Shown: positions 35,402 to 43,013 of the stretch, in pieces | How positions within the stretch are numbered: position 1 is the stretch's first letter | How the letters are laid out: each line of letters opens with the position of its first letter | Virus record (IMG/VR): IMGVR_UViG_3300019458_000010 | Coordinates: 1-54,216 of that record | Length of the DNA: 54,216 bases | Origin: a virus | Direction: 5' to 3' (one strand) | Notes under the pieces: model-generated | What the model was told of the DNA's origin: nothing | Database searches by the model: none | The model's input: only the letters and a program-made list of their open reading frames with translations | Translations under genes and position numbers: made by a program

Positions 35402-37322
35402 TCTCACCTCCGGCGGCTTCACCGCCTTGACGGCTTCCACCGCCCTCAAAGTCCTTCTTATTCTGGCTGATTTGAGCACCAGGACCAGTGCTACCTGCGG
35501 GCTTTCCAGTGTCTCCAGGGCCAGCCATCGGGGCACCAGTCATCATACTCTCCATAACCCGAAGCTGGTTCATAATGGCCATCTTTTCTTTCATACTGCC
35601 CAGATATCTCGTGGGATTCGGAAGACCAGTTGCCTCCATCCAATCCTCAATGATATTCCCCCATTCAAACAACTGCATCATGGGGTCAAGGGCACGTAGA
35701 ACAGCCAAGGTTGTCTGCCACTTCTCACGCTCTGCCAACTTGCCAATTTGCTCGGTGGGGGCAATGGCGAGTTTCAAACTATACTCGGCCGCATTAATCT
35801 GATGTGGCTTGACTTCAAGGTATTGTATGCCCTCTGGACCGACAATATCAACGGTCACAGGGGCGTCCATAAACTGTTTAATTCTAGAGATAACCAGTTC
35901 GACGGCAGGAGTGACAGAACGTTCCTCGAACAGAAGGCGGCTCAACTTCAGACGAGCTTCGGCTGCTTGCTGCAAAGCAAGAAGACCACCAGCAGTACGA
36001 TGGAACGACGTGTTTGCTCCCTTACGGACTCCAGCGAACTCTGCCCCAACACCCGTTGTCTCCTGCCACAACTGATCGTTCCATTGCTGAGCAGCGATTA
36101 ACTTGTCGAAGATCGGGTCCATCTTAAGGGGCAGAACGTCCGACGTGGGGTCGTCACAATCGATACGTCCAGAGGGTCTGGATTTCAATTGAGCATCGGG
36201 TATAGAGGCGCTCTTACGAACAAGGAGCATTGCGTTCAAGATAAAGTTGGCATTATCTACACCCATGTTAAAGCGGGTGTTGATTTCTCGCTGCAACTGT
36301 TCAACCCACTCCATCAAGCCAATGCCAAGGAAGTCATTGCTTACGGGAATATAATTTGCAGCCCGATAGGGCTTTTGCCCGTCAATGTAAGGATTCAATC
36401 GGACTTTAACGGCACGTTGCGCCTTGTCGCCCATAGCGGTCACTCGGGCGTTTTCAAGGCGGCCATCACCATTGACATCAAAGCGCCCCCAATAGTCATA
36501 AAGGACGACTTTGCGGAGCTGCTCGATCATATTCTTTAAACTATCGCCCTCGTTGCCGAGATAGCCGTAAGCAGCGCGGTCCCGCTCATCTTTGAAGTGC
36601 CGATCATCCGCAAGCTCGCGGGAATGAGCCGCAAAAGCTAATACTTCTTCTTCTTTAATATTTTCGTATTGCCCCTTACGAATTCGATCCACGACAACAT
36701 CAACAGGAAGTTCGTACCGCTCCATTACGAAGTCCATCTTTTCAATCGTAGGAGCCGTATAGTCAAATAGGAAATCGAAGAGGTCAACGTTGACGATACG
36801 GGGCATATCCTCAACGACCTTCAATTCGAACTGTTGCGTGTCTGCGTCAGGGTTTCCACCAGGTAGAGCACGCAACTCTTCCTTATACGACCAAGGTACC
36901 TTGACAATGCCGGTACCATAAATTAGGGCGTCTTTCCACCAAAAATAAAGAGCGTCGAAGAAGCGCATCGCATGTAAGTAGTAATCAAGCAGGTGATTCA
37001 TGTGTTGGGCAGCTTCGGCGTATTCTGCCCTGCGACCACGGACTTCGACGGTGGGATTGTCGCCGATTGTGCGAGGTATAACCGTCTCCACGAGGGCGCC
37101 AGACTTAGGGACCCAAATTTGACTCCGCAACTGGCTCTGTACGGGGTCTCGTCCAAAGACGTTCATATTCCCGCGATACTGCGCGTATCTACGAGAAAAG
37201 TCCCGTCGGCGAGATTCCATTCGCATAGAAGCCCATGTGTGCGCCTCCTGCAAATGGACCGTAGCCCGCTCCAAGCGGCCCGTTCCTGTCTTATCTCCTG
37301 CGACCTCGTAGAGGGTTGCCAT
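35382..37322 (-). CDS. Portal protein
   Basis: 646 aa, located downstream of the large terminase and upstream of scaffold and capsid. Gly-rich charged C-terminal tail. Called from size and synteny. Confidence 0.75.
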   Translation of the reverse strand: MATLYEVAGDKTGTGRLERATVHLQEAHTWASMRMESRRRDFSRRYAQYRGNMNVFGRDPVQSQLRSQIWVPKSGALVETVIPRTIGDNPTVEVRGRRAEYAEAAQHMNHLLDYYLHAMRFFDALYFWWKDALIYGTGIVKVPWSYKEELRALPGGNPDADTQQFELKVVEDMPRIVNVDLFDFLFDYTAPTIEKMDFVMERYELPVDVVVDRIRKGQYENIKEEEVLAFAAHSRELADDRHFKDERDRAAYGYLGNEGDSLKNMIEQLRKVVLYDYWGRFDVNGDGRLENARVTAMGDKAQRAVKVRLNPYIDGQKPYRAANYIPVSNDFLGIGLMEWVEQLQREINTRFNMGVDNANFILNAMLLVRKSASIPDAQLKSRPSGRIDCDDPTSDVLPLKMDPIFDKLIAAQQWNDQLWQETTGVGAEFAGVRKGANTSFHRTAGGLLALQQAAEARLKLSRLLFEERSVTPAVELVISRIKQFMDAPVTVDIVGPEGIQYLEVKPHQINAAEYSLKLAIAPTEQIGKLAEREKWQTTLAVLRALDPMMQLFEWGNIIEDWMEATGLPNPTRYLGSMKEKMAIMNQLRVMESMMTGAPMAGPGDTGKPAGSTGPGAQISQNKKDFEGGGSRQGGEAAGGESGRAQQ

Positions 37323-37324
37323 CG

Positions 37325-37468
37325 TTATTTCTTTTTCCGGCTTTGTCCGGCCTTGCTAAAGGCGATTGCCCGGAGCATAGCCTCCTTAGCCTTACCCGTC
37401 TTCCCCGTCTTGGTTACATTCCTGGGAGTATTGGTGTGAACCTCCCGCATGGCGTCTTGCAACTTCAT
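37325..37468 (-). CDS. Small basic protein (47 aa) below the ORF-track cutoff
   Basis: GGAGGT RBS. MKLQDAMREVHTNTPRNVTKTGKTGKAKEAMLRAIAFSKAGQSRKKK. Fills the TerL-portal gap exactly. Confidence 0.5.
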   Translation of the reverse strand: MKLQDAMREVHTNTPRNVTKTGKTGKAKEAMLRAIAFSKAGQSRKKK

Positions 37469-37486
37469 CGGTACGACCTCCAATAA

Positions 37487-39106
37487 CTAATACCCCGTCA
37501 CATCATCTAGGGGTTTATATTCAGGTCCGAGTCGGCTGTTTCCTCCAATATTGGGGAAGTATCCGAACTTTTCGATGTCGGCCAGCGCATCGAGCACATC
37601 ATCATGCTTAGCGCGTGGGAACCGGCGGTACTCTTCCCTAAACTCGTCGGTTCCTCTAGCACCCCGCACCATGTAAAAGCCTCCGGCTTGGAACATGGGC
37701 GAGAGTGCTCTGATTCTAGCTTCCTTAGAAATTTTTGTATCTCGCTTAAAAAAGTTAAGCGGGAGGTATACACGTTTACGTCGGCATGCTTCTCGGAACA
37801 CGGATTGATAGGCATCAAACCCAGCCACAGACTCAAATCCGACTTGTACTGGTCTAAATATTCGGTAGACATCAAACACCTCGTCTACAAGTTTATCAGG
37901 ATTCCATCGTCCATAATGCGTATCAAGTAGAATACGCATGGGGGTAGGATGCCCGAATTCATTTGGAGGACAAGCAAAGCCAACTGTTACAATTGCGGAG
38001 TAGTCGCTATCGGCCGTTTCTGTCACCGCGGGGTCGATACTAGTGAAAATCACCATTTCGTCCCAGAGTTCGCGGATTCTTGCTTGGCTCAAGACGTTGT
38101 TCCTAATCCAGTCTTCCTTGAAGACCGCCGTCTCCGCATCAATAGGATCGTTCATGTATTGACAGGAAAAGGAGTAGGGAGAGTGCATGGCCTTCAAGGG
38201 TACAATAGTCTCTTCGTTGAGGATTTCAGGAGCGAAGAGAGTACCGTCAGGCAGCCTCCAAGGGTAGACCATGATATCAAAGTACTTACCCTTGTAGACA
38301 CCGGGGCTCTTAATACGAAGCCCCTCAATTTCTTCGATAATCCAGCCGTAAGCATCCTTGTCATCCCAACGAGTACCAATGACTACGTACTGCGCGCCAG
38401 GATCAAGGATTGAAGTCATTAACTGAATGTGCTGAATAACCTTTTGAATCTGCTCGGCTGTCGTGACGTTCTTCTCGGAGTGGTAGTCGTCACCAATAAC
38501 TACGTCGTAGTGCATACCGACTTTAACGATATCTACACCGCCGACAGCGAGACTTGCTTCCTTCTTACTAAAATCGGTTCTTGTCCCGATTAGAATCTGG
38601 TCTTCGTTCCACGTCAAGCCACGGTTTGCTTTGGCGAAGCGTATAGCCTCGTCGGATATAGGTATGTTGAGGTCGCCATGGAACTCTCGGAGCAACTTGT
38701 TTGTCGCTATCAAACCCTTGATAGCCCGTAAGGTATCCGCACTCTTCGCATATGTCTCGGAGTCGAGCAAGATTCGCGTGTTCGGATCGCGTAGAAGAAG
38801 CCATAATGGATATGCCTGCCCTGCTAGTGTCGTCTTAAACGTGCCACGAGGAAGGAGAATAAGCTTCCAGTTGTTCGTAAGTCGGCCTTGGTATTTCCCC
38901 GTGTTGGTGAGGAAATCTGCGAGATCAGCGTGTGGATGAGAAGTAAGACGATTAAAACCCAAGGTATTGCGAGCAAAATGGTAGAGATTAGTAACATCTT
39001 CGTAGGCCCAAGCAGCATGAATTATCTCATGATTAGGAGGTTCTAACAACTGGTTATTGTTGTTGTTCTGAGACGACTCGATACTCGGCTTCGATTTCTC
39101 GTGCAT
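37487..39106 (-). CDS. terL: Terminase large subunit
   Basis: LLPRGTFKTT (Walker A-like), VVIGDDYH (Walker B), VIGTRWD, C-terminal nuclease-sized domain. Confidence 0.85.
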   Translation of the reverse strand: MHEKSKPSIESSQNNNNNQLLEPPNHEIIHAAWAYEDVTNLYHFARNTLGFNRLTSHPHADLADFLTNTGKYQGRLTNNWKLILLPRGTFKTTLAGQAYPLWLLLRDPNTRILLDSETYAKSADTLRAIKGLIATNKLLREFHGDLNIPISDEAIRFAKANRGLTWNEDQILIGTRTDFSKKEASLAVGGVDIVKVGMHYDVVIGDDYHSEKNVTTAEQIQKVIQHIQLMTSILDPGAQYVVIGTRWDDKDAYGWIIEEIEGLRIKSPGVYKGKYFDIMVYPWRLPDGTLFAPEILNEETIVPLKAMHSPYSFSCQYMNDPIDAETAVFKEDWIRNNVLSQARIRELWDEMVIFTSIDPAVTETADSDYSAIVTVGFACPPNEFGHPTPMRILLDTHYGRWNPDKLVDEVFDVYRIFRPVQVGFESVAGFDAYQSVFREACRRKRVYLPLNFFKRDTKISKEARIRALSPMFQAGGFYMVRGARGTDEFREEYRRFPRAKHDDVLDALADIEKFGYFPNIGGNSRLGPEYKPLDDVTGY

Positions 39107-39632
39107 TCCTTAGTCCTTGAGACTCTTTGAGTTTTTCCCATAAGACTCGACGCTCATCAAGAGTGATTGCGATAGTCCGAGATTCGGTTCGCTCGGTAGC
39201 CTCCCCTGCCGCAAGAGCCGCCTTATCAAAGATCGTCGCAAAGGCTTTTGCCAACTGAGCATGCGCACCTGCATGCTTCGCATCAACAGGAAGAGCAGCC
39301 AGAGCATCGAGGTAACGGCGTTGAACAAATAGTCCGCCAGTAATTGCCTCCATCTTGCTAGTTTCTCGGACCAACTGAACAACACGTTTATTTTCCTCTT
39401 TGTTAAGTATATTGCGGATAGTACCAGGATTTAAGTCTAATGCCGTAGCAATCTGCCCATATGTTGCTCCAGCAGCACGTAAGGCGATGGCCGCCTTATC
39501 CCTTTCCTCTTTGGGGAGTTCTGATGGGATTATGGCGAGAGCGGCCTTTTCCTCTTCCATCTCGCGGGAGCGAACAAGAGCCTTTTCACGCTCTTCAATC
39601 TGGCGGGGAGTCATTCGTTTGACATACCTCAT
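39054..39632 (-). CDS. terS: Terminase small subunit (HTH)
   Basis: AGATYGQIATALDLNPGTIRNIL helix-turn-helix followed by a helical oligomerisation-like region; overlaps the terL start. Confidence 0.65.
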   Translation of the reverse strand: MRYVKRMTPRQIEEREKALVRSREMEEEKAALAIIPSELPKEERDKAAIALRAAGATYGQIATALDLNPGTIRNILNKEENKRVVQLVRETSKMEAITGGLFVQRRYLDALAALPVDAKHAGAHAQLAKAFATIFDKAALAAGEATERTESRTIAITLDERRVLWEKLKESQGLRNAREIEAEYRVVSEQQQ

Positions 39633-39891
39633 CGGAGCCGCCTAACGCCAGACAATACGCCTTAAGAACTAGTACAACCTCGCGCCAGTCCTTCTGCAAA
39701 ACAACTACACATACCCCATCTGCTATCACGTCCTTTTGGGGATTACGCAGGGAGCAGAGGATCAAACGTGGCGCCGCAGACAGGACAGGTGGTGGTGATG
39801 GTAAGTTGACCCCCGGAGTCGCGCAAGCGGTCAGAATTAGGACGAATACGAGCGTCAAGAAGCCACAAGTTCGCTTGTAACACCCGCTCAT
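39595..39891 (-). CDS. Lipoprotein ORF in the +1 frame of 39743..40003 (o-spanin candidate)
   Basis: MSGCYKRTCGFLTLVFVLILTAC: basic n-region, hydrophobic core, LTAC lipobox, then Pro-rich ATPGVNLPSPPPV. Confidence 0.4.
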   Translation of the reverse strand: MSGCYKRTCGFLTLVFVLILTACATPGVNLPSPPPVLSAAPRLILCSLRNPQKDVIADGVCVVVLQKDWREVVLVLKAYCLALGGSDEVCQTNDSPPD

Positions 39892-40003
39892 CAAATACCC
39901 GAAGAATTTCAAGTTTCGCCTTTTCTGATAGAGTATATCGGTCAAAGATTTCTCTGAGGAAGTATATAGCAAACTTTGCTAATATAGTCCCCAAGAGTTC
40001 CAT
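39743..40003 (-). CDS. Hypothetical helical protein (i-spanin candidate, weak)
   Basis: Starts 13 nt after the holin-like stop. Hydrophobic N-terminus LLGTILAKFAIYFL, then helical; only 86 aa. Confidence 0.4.
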   Translation of the reverse strand: MELLGTILAKFAIYFLREIFDRYTLSEKAKLEILRVFDERVLQANLWLLDARIRPNSDRLRDSGGQLTITTTCPVCGATFDPLLPA

Positions 40004-40016
40004 TTATTATTATTAG

Positions 40017-40196
40017 TTAGCTAGAAGGCGGGGGGCTACTAACAGGTGACTTGAGCAGAGATGCGATAACCGTTGCTAGGCCAGCTAGGACGGCAACCAG
40101 AGTCGGGTTCGCCTGCACAAAGGGAAGGAGTATGTCTGAAAAGGCGCCGATCAAGGCCACGACAGCCCCGACGACGGCGGGGAGCCATTTGAGCAT
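40017..40196 (-). CDS. Holin-like protein with two predicted TM helices (59 aa, below the ORF-track cutoff)
   Basis: ATG overlaps the ClpP-like stop (TAATG) with AAGGAGG upstream. MLKWLPAVVGAVVALIGAFSDILLPFVQANPTLVAVLAGLATVIASLLKSPVSSPPPSS. Confidence 0.55.
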   Translation of the reverse strand: MLKWLPAVVGAVVALIGAFSDILLPFVQANPTLVAVLAGLATVIASLLKSPVSSPPPSS

Positions 40197-40834
40197 TATT
40201 TTTCCTCCTTGTCAGCGATTCCAAGTTCTACGAGCAGGGAACCAGGACCGGCCTGTTCCTTGCCGCAACGGAACCACTGCTCAACTTCAGCAAACTTCTT
40301 GTTTATGGAATCAGATAGTTCAGAGACGATCATTGTCAGCACACGGCGGAGAATTTTTGCTTCCTCGTTATTCTGCATGGCTATCGAGGGCAGATCGACA
40401 CATATTGGCGGTTCAAGGAAGCCGCCACCCCGTTGCACGCCATGAATAAGGGTCAGCGAGTTTGACGCTATAAAGCGGGAGCCAGGAGAGCCTGCGGCGA
40501 TGATAAGTGTTGCGCCACTCGCTACGAGTGATCTGCCATGAATCTCGAGTATAAGACCTTTTGCTCGTGCGCGCTTCATTTCCTGACTTGCCTCTACTGA
40601 CCAGATGACAGAGCCCCCAGGGCTCATGAGGACAATAGTCAACTTACGACACTTCGCCTCCTGGGCAGCTTGCAAATCGTCTCTAACCCTCTCGGCAAAG
40701 AACTTATCGACCTCACCAACCCAGCGAGTAGAACATGCATTTGAAGGCGTAAATAACTCAGTGGTGAAGAAACCAAGAGCAAAAGCGAGCAAAAGAATGG
40801 GAACAACGAATAGCTTCTTAATGTTTTTCTTCAT
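40196..40834 (-). CDS. ClpP-family serine protease with an N-terminal signal anchor
   Basis: MSPGGSV; Ser of VASGA and His of LIHGV are 25 residues apart, as in ClpP; N-terminus MKKNIKKLFVVPILLLAFALGFF. Confidence 0.65.
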   Translation of the reverse strand: MKKNIKKLFVVPILLLAFALGFFTTELFTPSNACSTRWVGEVDKFFAERVRDDLQAAQEAKCRKLTIVLMSPGGSVIWSVEASQEMKRARAKGLILEIHGRSLVASGATLIIAAGSPGSRFIASNSLTLIHGVQRGGGFLEPPICVDLPSIAMQNNEEAKILRRVLTMIVSELSDSINKKFAEVEQWFRCGKEQAGPGSLLVELGIADKEEK

Positions 40835-41796
40835 TCTGGTGTCACCTCAGTTTTGAGGGATCGTACTTTCTTAGTTTTCTTCGGAGCTTCGCTCATAAAC
40901 AGCCGTTTAAAGGCAGCGAACACCTCTTGTCCAGAGGGCACATCTAAGGGGCCGAATTCACCACGAATAGGCACCTGACCAGGGCTTATAGGCTCTGCGA
41001 GGGGCCTAGGAGGCTCAAAGCCGGGGAAGAGGGCTCCTGATATGCTCTCTCCTTCAGGAACGCTCGCTTCGGCCTTTGCCTTGATACTCTCCAATTCATC
41101 AGGGGCTAATTTACCCCTAGGAGGGCCTGCTTTCTGTAAAAGGACTTTTCCAACAGGAGCTACTGGCGCTTCCTCGGTTGCCCCAACTTCTGCGCCTCGT
41201 GTTGCTTGTCTAATTCGATGTTTGCCTGTTACCTCACCCCGGAGCTTACGGAGTTCATTCTGAAACGTCCCTCGACTACCTTTAGGTCGTGGTTTTGTCG
41301 GATCAACGATATGGTCGAGATACTCCTTAAGGCGGGGGCTTGCTGCTTCATAAATCTGCTTTGCTTTAGCTCCTAGGCCAGAAGAACCCTCTTCAGCAGC
41401 CGTAAGCCTTGCAAAGATGCTTTCTGGGTCTGTTTGTTTCTCTAAAACCTCCGGCTTGGCTTTTGTGCGGTATTTTGTCAACTTATCCTGTGCGGAGGCT
41501 AGAAACTCGTCAATGCCTCGTTTTGCTGCACCTGGTACCTCTGCCGAAGGCATACCCCGTTTAAAGTGAGTAGCTGCTGACTGTAAGAGGTCTGCGTACT
41601 CTGCCGAAGCATCTTGTAAGACTTTTGGTGAAATCCCCTTGGCATATTTTGAGGCAGCCTGTAGTAGTTTCAGAATCTCTGGGTCTTCAGCAAGACCTTT
41701 GGAAAGAGGCCCGAGCATACCAACCCCACGAACATTTGTAGCCTGCCCAAGGGCTCTGGCTATTTTCATGATGATTGTGGGGTCTATTGTTGCCAT
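40831..41796 (-). CDS. Hypothetical protein, first gene of the late operon
   Basis: Track ORF, K/E/A/P-rich, no motif recognised. Confidence 0.55.
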   Translation of the reverse strand: MATIDPTIIMKIARALGQATNVRGVGMLGPLSKGLAEDPEILKLLQAASKYAKGISPKVLQDASAEYADLLQSAATHFKRGMPSAEVPGAAKRGIDEFLASAQDKLTKYRTKAKPEVLEKQTDPESIFARLTAAEEGSSGLGAKAKQIYEAASPRLKEYLDHIVDPTKPRPKGSRGTFQNELRKLRGEVTGKHRIRQATRGAEVGATEEAPVAPVGKVLLQKAGPPRGKLAPDELESIKAKAEASVPEGESISGALFPGFEPPRPLAEPISPGQVPIRGEFGPLDVPSGQEVFAAFKRLFMSEAPKKTKKVRSLKTEVTPE

Positions 41797-41812
41797 GTAT
41801 ACCTACTATCAC

Positions 41813-41834
41813 AAAAAGGCCCCTAAAAGGGGCC
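41813..41834 (-). terminator. Intrinsic terminator 16 nt upstream of the first late gene
   Basis: Minus strand reads ggcccc-tttta-ggggcc followed by ttttt. Confidence 0.65.
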
Positions 41835-41859
41835 CAGTCAATAACCCAGTCAAAGGCCC

Positions 41860-41965
41860 TTATATATATATTATATTAATAATAATATATAGCCCCCTAC
41901 GGGGGCTCTAGTATATATATTATATATATTATTTATATATTATATTATATATATTATATATACTC
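41860..41965. repeat. TA-rich low-complexity tract interrupted by a GC hairpin (agccccc-tac-gggggct, 41891-41907)
   Basis: tatatatatattatattaataataatatat + hairpin + gtatatatattatatatattatttatatattatattatatatattatatata. Confidence 0.9.
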
Positions 41966-41990
41966 TTCTTTCCCTCACCTCTCTAAGACC

Positions 41991-42019
41991 AGTATACCAT
42001 GAGAAACACTATTTGTCAA
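41991..42019 (-). promoter_or_regulatory. Near-consensus sigma70-type promoter facing the late operon
   Basis: Minus strand: TTGACA (42019-42014), 17-nt spacer, TGgTATACT (extended -10; hexamer 41996-41991). Confidence 0.6.
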
Positions 42020-42328
42020 GAGAAAAATAATGTTCTTCGGCCTTTTCTTTACCTGCCCTATTTTCATACACTTTATAGCTTACCTGTAGCAAAATGCTAC
42101 ATGGGCCTAGCAAGTTGGTAAGTGTATGAATGTAGGGCCTCTTACCCATTAGGGAGGGGCCCCTCAAGCCCCCTGGGCCGCCTGAAGTCCTACAGGCGTA
42201 TGGTGTGGCAAGGATGACACAGGGGGAGGATGTCAACCCACTCACCCATTTGTCAGTCAATCGAGTGCCCGAATTCACATCACCCGGTCAACACTGACGC
42301 AGTCAACAATTTAGCCTGGAGGTGCGCT

Positions 42329-42523
42329 ATGTTCTCTGTGTGGTGTGACGCGTGCGGCTGGGTTGCCATGCGCCTCGGGACCAAAGCCGAGGCTAGCTCC
42401 CAAGCCCAGAAACACATCCCTGCCATGCTATGGGGGTGCATCCGGCTTCCTGACACGGCCCATGTTTGCGAGATCATGATGCAAATTGGGCGCAATCCGT
42501 ACGAGAACGTCAAGGTCGGCTAA
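42329..42523 (+). CDS. Early hypothetical protein
   Basis: GGAGGTG 4 nt before ATG 42329. The upstream part of track ORF 42230.. lacks an RBS. Confidence 0.55.
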   Translation: MFSVWCDACGWVAMRLGTKAEASSQAQKHIPAMLWGCIRLPDTAHVCEIMMQIGRNPYENVKVG

Positions 42524-42547
42524 AGTACCCAATAAGGAGGACAACCT

Positions 42548-42733
42548 ATGAGCAGAACAAGCGGAGAGTTTTGGTACTGCAATGTCTGCCGTGCGCAGAA
42601 CCACGAGGTTGACGGTGAGTGTCAGTACTGCGAATGTGCTGGCGCTGGATGCCGTCGAGACTCATGCTCCGACCCACGCCACTTCACCTATGAAGAGTCC
42701 GTGCTGCCCGGTTTGACATCACTAGGTCAATAA
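42548..42733 (+). CDS. Early zinc-ribbon mini-protein
   Basis: AAGGAGG RBS; WYCNVCRAQN...GECQYC Cys4. Confidence 0.6.
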   Translation: MSRTSGEFWYCNVCRAQNHEVDGECQYCECAGAGCRRDSCSDPRHFTYEESVLPGLTSLGQ

Positions 42734-42750
42734 CGTATAGGGGCACGAAT

Positions 42751-42783
42751 CCGCCCCGGGGAGATTGCGTCAAACCGGGGCGG
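42751..42783 (+). promoter_or_regulatory. GC-rich stem-loop between early genes
   Basis: ccgccccgg (42751-42759) pairs with ccggggcgg (42775-42783): 9-bp perfect stem, 15-nt loop, no U-tract. Confidence 0.5.
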
Positions 42784-42794
42784 CCACAACAAGC

Positions 42795-42809
42795 TGTCAA
42801 TAGTTGACA
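42795..42809. promoter_or_regulatory. Operator-like palindrome TGTCAA-TAG-TTGACA
   Basis: Perfect 6+6 inverted repeat ending 22 nt upstream of ATG 42831. Confidence 0.45.
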
Positions 42810-42830
42810 ATTCAAGACGGGAGGGATGCC

Positions 42831-43013
42831 ATGGGCAAGCAAACACGTGTGGATAAATGGGCAAAATCCCATCCATGGCCAAGCAGACTAGTTGGATGGA
42901 AGCGGGAAGTGGCTGAGGCCTATAGGCTGAAGAAAATCATGGAGGACGCCTACAGTCGCTGGTGGGCGAAGGGGGGATTGAGCCCATGGACGAACAGACG
43001 CGACATCTACTGA
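42831..43013 (+). CDS. Early hypothetical protein
   Basis: GGGAGGG RBS before ATG 42831 (track ORF 42804.. trimmed). Confidence 0.5.
   Translation: MGKQTRVDKWAKSHPWPSRLVGWKREVAEAYRLKKIMEDAYSRWWAKGGLSPWTNRRDIY

Noticed and set aside
40039-40449. Track ORFs 40039..40224 (-) and 40051..40449 (+)
   Set aside because: Both are Arg/Cys/Pro-rich shadow frames. They overlap the RBS-supported two-TM ORF 40017..40196 and the 3' end of the ClpP-like gene.
41860-41965. The TA-rich repeats as a CRISPR array or a tRNA/tmRNA region
   Set aside because: There is no repeat-spacer periodicity, only low-complexity TA units. No cloverleaf, T-loop (GTTCGAATC-like) or acceptor-stem pairing could be found here or in other intergenic gaps.
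42009-42278. 89-aa minus-strand ORF in the control region
   Set aside because: It has a GTG start with no RBS, it runs through the promoter, palindromes and GTCAA sites, and its composition is odd (G/P/S/L-rich). The region is better explained as non-coding regulatory DNA.
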